Source: Candidatus Nomurabacteria bacterium RIFCSPHIGHO2_01_FULL_41_71
Lineage (GTDB): Bacteria > Patescibacteriota > Minisyncoccia > Phycocordibacterales > UBA9973
Direction: 5' to 3'
Length of the DNA: 54,277 bases
Assembly: GCA_001785355.1 (NCBI GenBank)
Contig: MFTQ01000020.1
Coordinates: 1-54,277, forward strand
The notes under the pieces were generated by a model that saw nothing but the letters and a program-made list of their open reading frames with translations, made no database searches and had not been told where the DNA came from. A program made the translations under genes and the position numbers. Below, piece by piece: positions 34,003 through 43,077 of this stretch; the first letter of the stretch is position 1; each line of letters begins with the position of its first letter.

Positions 34003-34536
34003 ATGTCAAGAATCGGTAAACAAGAAATATTAATACCAGTAGGAATCAAGGTGAGTTTTGACGGCAACGCTATCGTGGTCGCTGGTCCGAAGGGGACGCT
34101 ATCGAAAACTTTTCGGGACGATATTGCCATTACCGTTACCGACAAAAATATAACTTTGAATATCAAAAGAAATGACAAATTTTCAAAATCTCTCTGGGGC
34201 ACTTATGCTTCGCATATCAAAAATATGCTCTCGGGCGTAGTAACTCCGTATCAGAAAAAATTAATTTTAGAAGGAGTTGGTTTTAAGTCAGAAGTAAAGG
34301 GAAAAGAAATACACTTTGCTTTGGGTTTCTCTCATCCGGTAGTGGTAAAAATACCGGAAGGTATCAATGTTACTGCGGATAAAAATAATATAACCATTTC
34401 TGGTCCGGATAAAGAATTGGTGGGCAGTTTTACCGCGGGATTGCGCGCTCTTAAAAAGCCGGAACCGTATAAGGGCAAAGGAATGCGCTATGAAGACGAA
34501 GTAATCAGACGCAAGCAGGGCAAGAAAGTTGCATAA
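34003..34536 (+). CDS. rplF: 50S ribosomal protein L6
   Basis: 177 aa starting MSRIGKQEILIP. Confidence 0.95.
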   Translation: MSRIGKQEILIPVGIKVSFDGNAIVVAGPKGTLSKTFRDDIAITVTDKNITLNIKRNDKFSKSLWGTYASHIKNMLSGVVTPYQKKLILEGVGFKSEVKGKEIHFALGFSHPVVVKIPEGINVTADKNNITISGPDKELVGSFTAGLRALKKPEPYKGKGMRYEDEVIRRKQGKKVA

Positions 34537-34540
34537 AAAT

Positions 34541-34903
34541 ATGAATAAAAAAACCGACAAAAGAATCAGATTAAAAAAAAGAATCAAAGCCAAGATCCGA
34601 GGTTCTTCGGGTCGTCCGCGTCTTTCCGTTTTTCGATCGAATAAATTTATTTACGCTCAAGTGATAGATGATGTTTCCGGCAAGGTTTTGGCGCAAGCAA
34701 GCGACTTGCCAAAAAGAGGAAAGGTGGAAAATAAAACCAAAAGCACCAAGACAGAACGGGCCAAAGAGGTGGGAAGAATTATCGCGGGAATCTGCAAAAC
34801 GGCGAAAATAGAAAAAGTGGTTTTTGACCGGAATGGATTCAAATATACCGGGTGCATAAAGACTTTGGCGGATACGGCTCGAGAGTCAGGACTTAAATTT
34901 TAA
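34541..34903 (+). CDS. rplR: 50S ribosomal protein L18
   Basis: RPRLSVFRSNKFIYAQVIDD. Start set to the ATG at 34541, after the rplF stop. Confidence 0.92.
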   Translation: MNKKTDKRIRLKKRIKAKIRGSSGRPRLSVFRSNKFIYAQVIDDVSGKVLAQASDLPKRGKVENKTKSTKTERAKEVGRIIAGICKTAKIEKVVFDRNGFKYTGCIKTLADTARESGLKF

Positions 34904-34914
34904 ATTAAAAATAT

Positions 34915-35508
34915 ATGGATAAATCAAACGAAAAAAGAAATAATAACCGCCGATCTTCTTTCTCAAGACCCAAGCCGGAATTCGATCAGAAAATTTTGGA
35001 TATCCGCCGAGTTACCAGAGTGGTGGCCGGGGGACGCAGATTTTCATTCAGCGTGTCTCTGGTTGCCGGAGACAGAAAAGGAGCGGTGGGGCTTGGATTA
35101 GGGAAAGCAGGAGACACCTCTCTTGCTATCAACAAGGCTCTTCGAAACGCCAAGAAAAACATGGTGCGACTTAAGCTTACCAAGAATATGTCCATTCCAC
35201 ACGAAGTTACGGCTAAATTCGGAAGTGCCAGAGTCACTCTTTTGCCCAATCGCGGTCGGGGATTGGTGGCTGGATCGGTTGTTCGTGATATCATTAAGTT
35301 TGCCGGTATTCGAGATATTACCGGGAAAATTCTGGCCGGCACAAAAAATAAATTAAACAACGCCAAAGCGGTGATGAAAGCACTTTCCGGCATTTCCGAG
35401 AAATATTCTTTACCGGTTGATGCTTTGGCATCGAACAACAAAGCTCAAATTTCTGAAGTAGCTGAAGTATCATCCATAAGCGTAGAAAAAGTCGGGAATA
35501 ATTTGTAA
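34915..35508 (+). CDS. rpsE: 30S ribosomal protein S5
   Basis: 197 aa; RVTRVVAGGRRFSFSVSLVAGDRKGAVGLGLGKA. Confidence 0.95.
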   Translation: MDKSNEKRNNNRRSSFSRPKPEFDQKILDIRRVTRVVAGGRRFSFSVSLVAGDRKGAVGLGLGKAGDTSLAINKALRNAKKNMVRLKLTKNMSIPHEVTAKFGSARVTLLPNRGRGLVAGSVVRDIIKFAGIRDITGKILAGTKNKLNNAKAVMKALSGISEKYSLPVDALASNNKAQISEVAEVSSISVEKVGNNL

Positions 35509-35516
35509 AATCAATT

Positions 35517-35831
35517 ATGCAAATACACGACCTAAAAAGATCTCATAAGAATAAAAAGGACCGAATGGTGGGTCGCGGGGGAAAGCATGCCAAGACTTCC
35601 GGTCGCGGAGGCAAGGGCCAGACGGCCCGCGCCGGCAACAAACGCCGCCCCGAGCTTCGAGATATCATTAAAAAACTGCCGAAGAATCGCGGATATAGAT
35701 TTAAGTCCGCCCAAAAAGCATATCTTCTTAAAACGGAAAAGCTGGTTCCCGGGTTGGGAGGGAAAAGAGAGAAATTTTCCGAAATTCGCAAGCGTCTCGG
35801 CATTAGAGGAAGGAAAATAGTTATTCGATAA
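35517..35831 (+). CDS. rplO: 50S ribosomal protein L15 (short, 104 aa)
   Basis: N-terminal L15 pattern (GRGGKHAKTSGRGGKGQTAR). It follows rpsE directly, with no L30 gene between them. Confidence 0.85.
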   Translation: MQIHDLKRSHKNKKDRMVGRGGKHAKTSGRGGKGQTARAGNKRRPELRDIIKKLPKNRGYRFKSAQKAYLLKTEKLVPGLGGKREKFSEIRKRLGIRGRKIVIR

Positions 35832-35837
35832 TAATTT

Positions 35838-37109
35838 ATGCAGAATTTTTTCTCCAAAATAAAATTAATTTGGACAGACAAAAGCCTCCGCCGAAAGGTG
35901 ATTTTCGTGCTTTTTTCGCTTATTATTTTTAGATTGCTTTCCGCTATTCCGATCCCGGGTATCGATACTCTGGCGCTTGAGAGATTTCTTTCCAGCAACC
36001 AATTTTTCGGGATTTTGAACATTTTTTCGGGTGGCGGGTTGTCTAACCTTTCCATCATCATGCTCGGGGTGGGGCCGTATATCACAAGCTCTATCATTAT
36101 GCAGCTCCTTACTATTATGGTTCCGGCTTTAAAGAAAATTTATCATGAGGAAGGGGAAGCTGGGCGCAGGAAATTCACCCAGTATTCCAGATTTCTCACT
36201 GTGCCTCTGGCCGCTATTCAGGGATTTTCTCTTTTGGCTATTTTGGAAAATCAGAATATTCTGATGAATCTAACCGCTTTTGATCGAATTTTAAACTTAA
36301 TCATTGTAATTGCGGGTTCTATGCTTCTCATGTGGCTCGGGGAGCTTGTTTCTGAATTTGGCATCGGGAACGGTGTTTCTCTGATTATTTTTGCTGGGAT
36401 AGTGGCCGCTCTGCCTTCCCAAATTGCGGGGCTTGTATTTACCTTTGATCCTTCCCAGATCCCGCTTTATCTTGGATTTTTGGTGGTTGGGGTGCTGGTT
36501 GTGGCCGGAGTAGTGATGGCGACCGAAGCGGAACGGCCTATTCCGGTCACTTATGCAAAGCAAGTGCGGGGAATGAAAATGTACGGGGGAGGCTCTACTT
36601 ATCTTCCGCTTCGGGTGAATCAAGCCGGGGTAATTCCTATTATTTTTGCTCTATCCATTTTGCTTTTTCCGCAAATGATTGGCGCTTTTCTTTCGCGATT
36701 TGACGGCGCTGTTGTGTCAAAGATTTCGGATATTTTACTTTCTTTTTCCCAGACTAGTGTCCTCTATGCCGTGCTTTACTTTGTGTTGGTTTTTCTTTTC
36801 ACTTATTTCTATACTGCCGTTACCTTCGATCCTGAAGCGCTTTCCACCAATCTCCAGAAAAATGGCGCGTTTATTCCGGGTATCCGTCCGGGAAGTTCCA
36901 CCTCGGATTATATTTCAAAAGTTTTAAGCCGGATTACTCTTCTCGGCGCCGGGTTCTTGGGTTTTGTGGCGGTACTTCCGCTTATTATGCAATATTTTAC
37001 CGGTATTTCCACTTTAGCTTTGGGTGGAACCACTCTCCTCATCGTGGTTTCCGTAGTTCTCGATCTTATCAAGAAAATAGACGCCCAAGTTTCTATGCGG
37101 GAGTACTGA
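35838..37109 (+). CDS. secY: preprotein translocase subunit SecY
   Basis: 423 aa, 10-TM SecY pattern (GGGLSNLSIIMLGVGPYITSSIIMQLL). Confidence 0.95.
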   Translation: MQNFFSKIKLIWTDKSLRRKVIFVLFSLIIFRLLSAIPIPGIDTLALERFLSSNQFFGILNIFSGGGLSNLSIIMLGVGPYITSSIIMQLLTIMVPALKKIYHEEGEAGRRKFTQYSRFLTVPLAAIQGFSLLAILENQNILMNLTAFDRILNLIIVIAGSMLLMWLGELVSEFGIGNGVSLIIFAGIVAALPSQIAGLVFTFDPSQIPLYLGFLVVGVLVVAGVVMATEAERPIPVTYAKQVRGMKMYGGGSTYLPLRVNQAGVIPIIFALSILLFPQMIGAFLSRFDGAVVSKISDILLSFSQTSVLYAVLYFVLVFLFTYFYTAVTFDPEALSTNLQKNGAFIPGIRPGSSTSDYISKVLSRITLLGAGFLGFVAVLPLIMQYFTGISTLALGGTTLLIVVSVVLDLIKKIDAQVSMREY

Positions 37110-37159
37110 AGTTTTGTCTCAATTTTCGGTAAGAATTAAAAATAACCATTATAAATTTT

Positions 37160-37188
37160 TTGTTGTTAAATCTAGCATATGCTATAAT
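37160..37188 (+). promoter_or_regulatory. promoter TTGTTG-N17-TATAAT with palindrome TAGCATATGCTA spanning the spacer and the first two bases of the -10 (operator candidate)
   Basis: -35 at 37160-37165, -10 at 37183-37188, ATG 9 nt downstream (37198), palindrome at 37173-37184. Confidence 0.55.
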
Positions 37189-37197
37189 TAGCGGCAT

Positions 37198-37734
37198 ATG
37201 AAAAATAAAGATGTTCTGGAATATCGTGAACTTTTTTTGTCAAGAAACAAGAAGCTTCATCTAGCGAAGCGTATTTTATATGGGATAGCCACTGGTGAAG
37301 CCCTTTTTCCTCAATTTTATAGTAGGCGGCAAGAGGCTCAAGCTCTGTATGGACTTCGGCGTTATAAATTTATCAGGCATACGAGAAAGGATGACGAGAA
37401 TTTTTATTCTCTTACCGCAAAAGGCAAAAATAGGTTGCGCCATATTATTATTGACGAGATTAAAATAAAAAATTCTAAAAAATGGGACGGGGAATGGTGG
37501 CTGGTCATATATGATTTACCAATCAGGTTTAAAAAAGCTCGTGATGCGTTTCGTTTTAAATTACGGGATCTGGGATTTTTCCAATTTCAAAAAAGTGCCT
37601 GGATTTACCCGTATCCCTGTGAAGGAGAAATACTTCTCGTGGCAAATTTTTTCGGAGTTCGGAAGTATATAGAAATTTTAAAGGTAGACAAAATTCTAGA
37701 TGACAAAAAAATCAGAGATCATTTTGGTCTATAA
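37198..37734 (+). CDS. PaaX-like/Cas2-fold winged-helix regulator, paralog B
   Basis: WWLVIYDLPIRFKKARDAFRFKLRDLGFFQFQKSAWIYP parallels paralog A (13501-13989). It is inserted between secY and adk. Confidence 0.55.
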   Translation: MKNKDVLEYRELFLSRNKKLHLAKRILYGIATGEALFPQFYSRRQEAQALYGLRRYKFIRHTRKDDENFYSLTAKGKNRLRHIIIDEIKIKNSKKWDGEWWLVIYDLPIRFKKARDAFRFKLRDLGFFQFQKSAWIYPYPCEGEILLVANFFGVRKYIEILKVDKILDDKKIRDHFGL

Positions 37735-37740
37735 AGTTTA

Positions 37741-37785
37741 TTGTTGTTAAAATCCGCATATGCGTAATCTAACAACAAATTTTTT
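37741..37785 (+). repeat. hairpin TTGTTGTTA...CGCATATGCG...TAACAACAA followed by a T run; a second copy of the gene-B upstream element and a terminator candidate
   Basis: It shares TTGTTGTTAAA and the GCATATGC core with 37160-37188. The flanking core bases change from TA/TA to CG/CG, so the palindrome is preserved. Confidence 0.6.
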
Positions 37786-37831
37786 ACAAATATAAGCAAA
37801 TATGGATATATAAACATACAAATCCTGTTTT

Positions 37832-38398
37832 TTACTTTTCTCTCCACTTTTTGTATTCAGAAATAATAATATTGACGACTTGTTCGAGATTGTTTTTATT
37901 TGTGTCTATCACCAAGTCAAACTGGTTTTTGTCCGTATTATTTATTTTATATAAATCCCAATACCTTTTTTGCTCGCTTTGGAAGCGCTCGTGCATTTTT
38001 TTGAATACTTCTTCGCTGGTTGATACTTGCTCGGATACCTTCCGTAATTTGTCTATTTTGGCGCTATTCAAGATTCTGCCTTTGGCTATGTCGACAGGCA
38101 AATCCAAGTAAATTTTAAAAGACTCCGGTATCCAATGGTAAGCGGTGCGAGAGTCTATGACAACTTTATTTTCTTTACCCATATCGCGCAGTTTCTGATC
38201 AGTAATTTCATCTATTTTGGGGTCAGTCTCGGCCCGGATATTTACTTCGTTTACGGAAAGCCCAAGTTTGAGTCCCACTTCCCGAAAAAAGTCTCCGGAC
38301 GAAAAATGCTTGTAGCCTAAAATTTGCGCCACTTTTTTCGCAGTGCTGGATTTGCCGCTTCCGAGTCCTCCGCAGATGGTGATGATTTCTTTTTTCAT
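37832..38398 (-). CDS. cytidylate kinase-like P-loop NMP kinase
   Basis: Starts MKKEIITICGGLGSGKSST (Walker A). Start moved to the ATG at 38398. Confidence 0.65.
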   Translation of the reverse strand: MKKEIITICGGLGSGKSSTAKKVAQILGYKHFSSGDFFREVGLKLGLSVNEVNIRAETDPKIDEITDQKLRDMGKENKVVIDSRTAYHWIPESFKIYLDLPVDIAKGRILNSAKIDKLRKVSEQVSTSEEVFKKMHERFQSEQKRYWDLYKINNTDKNQFDLVIDTNKNNLEQVVNIIISEYKKWREK

Positions 38399-38400
38399 GA

Positions 38401-38421
38401 TTTGTGTTATTATAACACAAA
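38401..38421. promoter_or_regulatory. perfect 21-bp palindrome holding two divergent extended -10 boxes
   Basis: TTTGTGTTAT-T-ATAACACAAA. The + strand reads TGtTATTAT-N7-ATG (adk). The - strand reads TGtTATAAT-N10-ATG (kinase-like gene). Confidence 0.5.
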
Positions 38422-39008
38422 TGCAACCGCAGACTTTCGTATTTTTTGGAATAGTGGGTTCCGGCAAGGGCACGCAGGTAAAACTCTTAATGGAGTTTTT
38501 GAAAGCGCGAGACGGGCGCGAGACGGTATATGCTTATCCCGGGGATGAATACAGAAAAATTATAAATTCAGATAGTTTTACGGCAAAATTGATGAGAGAT
38601 TCAGTTTCCAGAGGGGAACTTCAACCTGGGTTTTTCTCTGATGCAATAGTAACCAATATTTTAATTTCTTCTTTGACCAAGGTTAGTCATTTAATCACCG
38701 ATGGATATCCTCGCGCGATAGATCAATCGCAGAGTTTTGAAAAAATGATGAAATGGTATGGAAGAAAAAATATCAAGATTATTTATCTAGAAGTAGGAAA
38801 GGAGGAATCAATGAAAAGAAACTTGCTCCGTGGTCGGCACGATGATACTCCGGAGGGGATTGAAAAAAGATTCGATGAATACATAAAGAGCGTAATTCCA
38901 GCGATGAATTATTTCAAGGACAAATCGGACTATACAATTTACACGATAAATGGCGAACAAACCATTGATAATGTCCATAAAGATATAATCGCCGCCCTTG
39001 GATTTTAA
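38421..39008 (+). CDS. adk: adenylate kinase
   Basis: FFGIVGSGKGTQ P-loop; canonical position between secY and map. Start set to the ATG at 38421. Confidence 0.8.
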   Translation: MQPQTFVFFGIVGSGKGTQVKLLMEFLKARDGRETVYAYPGDEYRKIINSDSFTAKLMRDSVSRGELQPGFFSDAIVTNILISSLTKVSHLITDGYPRAIDQSQSFEKMMKWYGRKNIKIIYLEVGKEESMKRNLLRGRHDDTPEGIEKRFDEYIKSVIPAMNYFKDKSDYTIYTINGEQTIDNVHKDIIAALGF

Positions 39009-39010
39009 TT

Positions 39011-39775
39011 ATGATCATTATCAAGACCAAAGAGGAAATCCAAATCCTGCGCGAGGGGGGTAAACGCCTGGCTACCATTTTGCATAAAGTAAAAGAGAAA
39101 GTAACACCCGGGGTTTCTACCAGAGATCTCGACATTTATGCCTTAAAGCTGATTCGGGAGATGGGCGACGAACCGGCGTTTCTCAATTACCGTCCGGCGG
39201 GGGCCAAAATTCCTTTTCCCGCGTCGCTGTGCGTTTCGGTCAATGATGAAGTGGTGCATGGCATTCCGCGCAAAAATAAAATTTTAAAAGAAAGGGATAT
39301 CGTCTCCATTGATCTGGGCCTTAAGCATCGAGGACTCTTTACCGATATGGCTTTAACTGTGCCGGTGGGTGATCCTGATCCAGTGGTGGTTAAACTTTTA
39401 CAAACTACACAAGAGGCACTTAGTGTGGCTATTAATGCGGCGGAGGTGGGTAATACTATAGGTGATATTGGCAATGCGGTAGAGAGTTTTGTGGGTGGTA
39501 GGTATGGTATTGTGGAAGTTTTAGCGGGACATGGCGTGGGGCGAGCAATACACGAAGATCCTTTTATTCCAAATTTTGGTAAAGCAGGCAAAGGCACCAA
39601 ATTGGTTCCCGGTATGGTTATAGCCCTTGAGCCGATGATAAATCTTGGTACAAAAAATGTTGCCCTAGATTCCGATGGCTACACTTTTCGCACCGCAGAC
39701 GGTAAACCGAGCGCGCATTTTGAACATACGATTCTTATAACGGAAGAAGGGCCTGAGATTTTAACCTATCCGTGA
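39011..39775 (+). CDS. map: type I methionine aminopeptidase
   Basis: 254 aa with metal ligand pattern (VSIDLG, HGVGRAIHE, LEPM, EHT). Confidence 0.93.
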   Translation: MIIIKTKEEIQILREGGKRLATILHKVKEKVTPGVSTRDLDIYALKLIREMGDEPAFLNYRPAGAKIPFPASLCVSVNDEVVHGIPRKNKILKERDIVSIDLGLKHRGLFTDMALTVPVGDPDPVVVKLLQTTQEALSVAINAAEVGNTIGDIGNAVESFVGGRYGIVEVLAGHGVGRAIHEDPFIPNFGKAGKGTKLVPGMVIALEPMINLGTKNVALDSDGYTFRTADGKPSAHFEHTILITEEGPEILTYP

Positions 39776-39788
39776 TACAATACTTAGA

Positions 39789-42554
39789 ATGGAGCCGTCT
39801 TTTCTTAAAGAAATGCCTAAATTTAAATCTCCCGAAGAGGAGCTCGCCTATCTGCGCGAGCATGTGGCCAAGAAAGAAGAAGAACTGATGAAAAAAGGGC
39901 GTTTTGAGCATCCTTCGGAAAAAGCGGTTCTTGATGTAATCAATCGGTATAGAGAAATACCCGGAAGCGATGTTTTAGCCAGAGAAAATATTTTGAGCGC
40001 AAAAGAAGAAAAGGGTATAGTGCTAGCTTTAAAACCGGAGTCTCATGACAGTATTATGGAAGAATTATTGGGCTTGGTTATCACTAAAGGTATAAAGAAT
40101 GCCATGTCTGTAGCGGGGGCGATGGGGAATCCCCATGTGGATGATGATTTTCATAGGATATTGATTCAATATCTAAAATCAGGAACAGAAGTTTCCAATT
40201 TTAAAGAAGGCGTTCCGGCATACAAGTCTCTCAATATGACCCTCTTTGAAATTACCCTTCCCCCGGGAGAAGACGACGCCGAAAAACAAAAAGGTTTTAA
40301 AGAATTTATCGGCGCCATGGAACAGTTCTACGCCGGTATGCAGTCTATTTCCGAAGGCAAGAATAATGAAAAAGAAAATTATTTTACTCTCGAAGTGGCT
40401 CTTTCCGGAGATACTGACGAAGTGGTGGTTTATGCGGCAGTGTTCAATAAGCACATTTCTCTTTTTGAAAAACAGGTTCTGGCATTTTATCACAATGCCA
40501 AAGTTCGCGAATTGGCGGATGACTATAATATTTTTAATCCGGAAGGAGAGTCGGCGGGAGCCTACGCCGCACTTTCCGAACGTGGAGTAATGCCGATCAA
40601 GACTTATGACAATATAGATCACGATCCGATGAATCCGATTTTGAACGTATTTTCTAAATTAAAAACTAAAGGAGAAGGAGCGGCTATTCAAATCTTGGTG
40701 GCGCCGGCGGGAGATAAATTTATCAATGAATTTCACATGATTCTTGATGATGTAAAGGATGGTATTTCCGTCAAACATGCGGCGGATAATTTTTATAAAT
40801 TCAACAGGGCCTTGATGAAAGCGGGTAAGGATCTGGTTTTCGGCGTAAAGCGTAAAGAGGAGGAAAAAAAAGAAAAATATATGAAAGGTCGCCGAGCGGT
40901 GGATGAAGGCGCGGTGGAGAAGATAGGCAACAAGATAAAAAGCACTATTATGAAAGCCAACATCCGGGTAATCACTTCGGCTGATACCAAGGATAGAGCG
41001 CGGGCGATTCTCCGGGAGATTGAGTCTTCCTTCAATCAATTTACCGAAGCGGCCTCGAACTCTGTTCTTTTTCATGAAACAGAGGGAGGAGAACTGAAAA
41101 ATCTTTTTCACGAATTTTCCTATCGTTCTTTTTCAAGTGAAAAAATAATACCCCTCAATCTCAAAGAGCTTGCCTCGGTATTTCATTTTCCCATAGGGCT
41201 TACCAACCAGCCTCAGCTTAAAGAAGCCAAATCCGGCATTGCTCCGGCTCCTATCGAAATTGGCGCCGAGGGCATACTCCTTGGGATAAACAGTTACAGA
41301 GGCAAAGATACGCCTATTCATATGACTCGAGAAGATCGCATGAGGCATTTCTATGTTATCGGACAGACCGGAACGGGTAAGACCAATATTTTGCTCAACA
41401 TGATTACTCAAGATATCAGAAATGGAGACGGGTGTTGTTATATCGATCCGCATGGCACAGACATTCAGACTATCCTGTCTCGTATTCCGAAAGAGCGCAT
41501 TGATGATGTCATTTATTTCGATCCGGCTTATACGGCGCGTCCCATGGGGCTTAATATGCTCGAATATGATCCTAAATATCCGGAACAAAAAACTTTTGTG
41601 GTAAATGAAATGATGGGGATTTTCAACAAACTTTTTGATATGAAAGTGGGTGGAGGAGCGATGTTTGAACAATATTTCCGAAACAGCGCTTTCCTGGTGA
41701 TGGAGGATCCGGAATCCGGCTCCACACTGCTTGAAATTACCAGAGTGCTTGCGGACAAAGAGTTTCGCGATATGAAGCTTGCTCGTTGCAAAAATCCCAT
41801 TATCAAACAATTCTGGGTGGCGGCAGAACAGACTACGGGGGATCAGTCGCTCGCTAATTTCGTTCCGTATATTTCTTCTAAATTCGATAATTTCATTTCC
41901 AACGACATTATGCGTCCGGTAGTGCTTCAGCAGAATTCGGTTTTTAATTTTAGGAAAATTATGGATGAAAAGAAAATTCTTTTGGTCAATCTTTCCAAGG
42001 GTCGATTGGGGGATATTAATGCCAATTTGATCGGTCTGGTTTTAGTGGGCAAAATACAGATGGCGGCGCTTTCCCGAGTGGATATGTTCGGCAAGCCGAT
42101 GAATGATTTTTATCTGTATATCGATGAATTTCAAAATGTTACCACTGATTCCATTTCTTCTATTTTATCCGAGGCTCGCAAATACAGACTCTCGCTCAAT
42201 ATTGCGCATCAATATATCACTCAGCTGGAAGAGAATATCAAGAATGCCGTTTTCGGCAATGTCGGTTCCATGGCGATTTTTCGGGTTGGCACGGAAGATG
42301 CGAATTTTCTGGAACAAAAATTCAAGCCGATATTTACGGCTCAAGATATAGCAAAACTCGACAATTTCAACGCCTATATGAGTATGCTGGTGCGTGGTCA
42401 GCCGACCAAACCATTCAATTTGCGTACTTTGGCGCCGGAGAAAGGCAATCCAAACATCGTAGATAGTCTGAAAGAACTTTCCTATGTCAAATACGGTCGC
42501 GACCGCGCCGAAGTGGAAGCGGAAATTATGGAGAGATATCAGACGATGGAGTAA
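39789..42554 (+). CDS. VirD4/TraD/TraG-like (FtsK-HerA superfamily) P-loop NTPase, 921 aa, with an uncharacterised N-terminal half
   Basis: Walker A at VIGQTGTGKTN and Walker B at FYLYIDEFQNV, with TraD/TraG-type C-terminal architecture. No N-terminal TM segment seen. Confidence 0.6.
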   Translation: MEPSFLKEMPKFKSPEEELAYLREHVAKKEEELMKKGRFEHPSEKAVLDVINRYREIPGSDVLARENILSAKEEKGIVLALKPESHDSIMEELLGLVITKGIKNAMSVAGAMGNPHVDDDFHRILIQYLKSGTEVSNFKEGVPAYKSLNMTLFEITLPPGEDDAEKQKGFKEFIGAMEQFYAGMQSISEGKNNEKENYFTLEVALSGDTDEVVVYAAVFNKHISLFEKQVLAFYHNAKVRELADDYNIFNPEGESAGAYAALSERGVMPIKTYDNIDHDPMNPILNVFSKLKTKGEGAAIQILVAPAGDKFINEFHMILDDVKDGISVKHAADNFYKFNRALMKAGKDLVFGVKRKEEEKKEKYMKGRRAVDEGAVEKIGNKIKSTIMKANIRVITSADTKDRARAILREIESSFNQFTEAASNSVLFHETEGGELKNLFHEFSYRSFSSEKIIPLNLKELASVFHFPIGLTNQPQLKEAKSGIAPAPIEIGAEGILLGINSYRGKDTPIHMTREDRMRHFYVIGQTGTGKTNILLNMITQDIRNGDGCCYIDPHGTDIQTILSRIPKERIDDVIYFDPAYTARPMGLNMLEYDPKYPEQKTFVVNEMMGIFNKLFDMKVGGGAMFEQYFRNSAFLVMEDPESGSTLLEITRVLADKEFRDMKLARCKNPIIKQFWVAAEQTTGDQSLANFVPYISSKFDNFISNDIMRPVVLQQNSVFNFRKIMDEKKILLVNLSKGRLGDINANLIGLVLVGKIQMAALSRVDMFGKPMNDFYLYIDEFQNVTTDSISSILSEARKYRLSLNIAHQYITQLEENIKNAVFGNVGSMAIFRVGTEDANFLEQKFKPIFTAQDIAKLDNFNAYMSMLVRGQPTKPFNLRTLAPEKGNPNIVDSLKELSYVKYGRDRAEVEAEIMERYQTME

Positions 42555-42585
42555 AATGGAAGAATTTTAAATAAAGCGTTCTGTA

Positions 42586-42603
42586 TGATACAATACGAGA
42601 ATG
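42586..42603 (+). promoter_or_regulatory. extended -10 (TGaTACAAT) 6 nt upstream of the ATG of the second hicB
   Basis: TGa at 42586-42588, TACAAT at 42589-42594, spacer acgaga, ATG at 42601. Confidence 0.45.
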
Positions 42604-42855
42604 AAGAAAGTAACCCCAAAACTTCAATTTAATGTGGTATTTCGCCCTGAAAAAGAGGGGGGTTTTACCGCGACGGTACCCCTTTTGCCCGGTTGTATCA
42701 GTTATGGAAAAACCTTAAATGAGGCGAAAGAGATGATTGTCGACGCTATTGATGGCTATCTTTTATCTAAGAAGAAACGAGGGGAAGTTGTGGAGACTGA
42801 TGCTAACAGTTTTATCAGCACTCTCAGTGTGAGCGACAGAAAAATATATGCCTAA
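42601..42855 (+). CDS. hicB: HicB-family antitoxin (second locus)
   Basis: 84 aa; FRPEKEGGFTATVPLLPGCISYGKTLNEAKEMIVDAI. Confidence 0.75.
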   Translation: MKKVTPKLQFNVVFRPEKEGGFTATVPLLPGCISYGKTLNEAKEMIVDAIDGYLLSKKKRGEVVETDANSFISTLSVSDRKIYA

Positions 42856-43063
42856 GCTTCCGGTTCTCAACCCGAAGAAACTTATAAAAATTTTTCTCAA
42901 AGAGGGTTTCATCATTGATCACATTACTGGTAGTCATTATGTGATGTTTAATTCTGTCTCTAATAAGACAATAACCATACCATTTCACACCAAAGATCTT
43001 CCGAAGGGAACCACCCATACTATAATTAAATTGTCCGGCATTAATCTTAAAAAATTTCCTTAA
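42848..43063 (+). CDS. hicA: HicA-family toxin (second locus)
   Basis: 71 aa; KKLIKIFLKEGFIIDHITGSHYVM; overlaps hicB by 8 nt. Confidence 0.75.
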   Translation: MPKLPVLNPKKLIKIFLKEGFIIDHITGSHYVMFNSVSNKTITIPFHTKDLPKGTTHTIIKLSGINLKKFP

Positions 43064-43077
43064 TTAATTAAAAGCTT

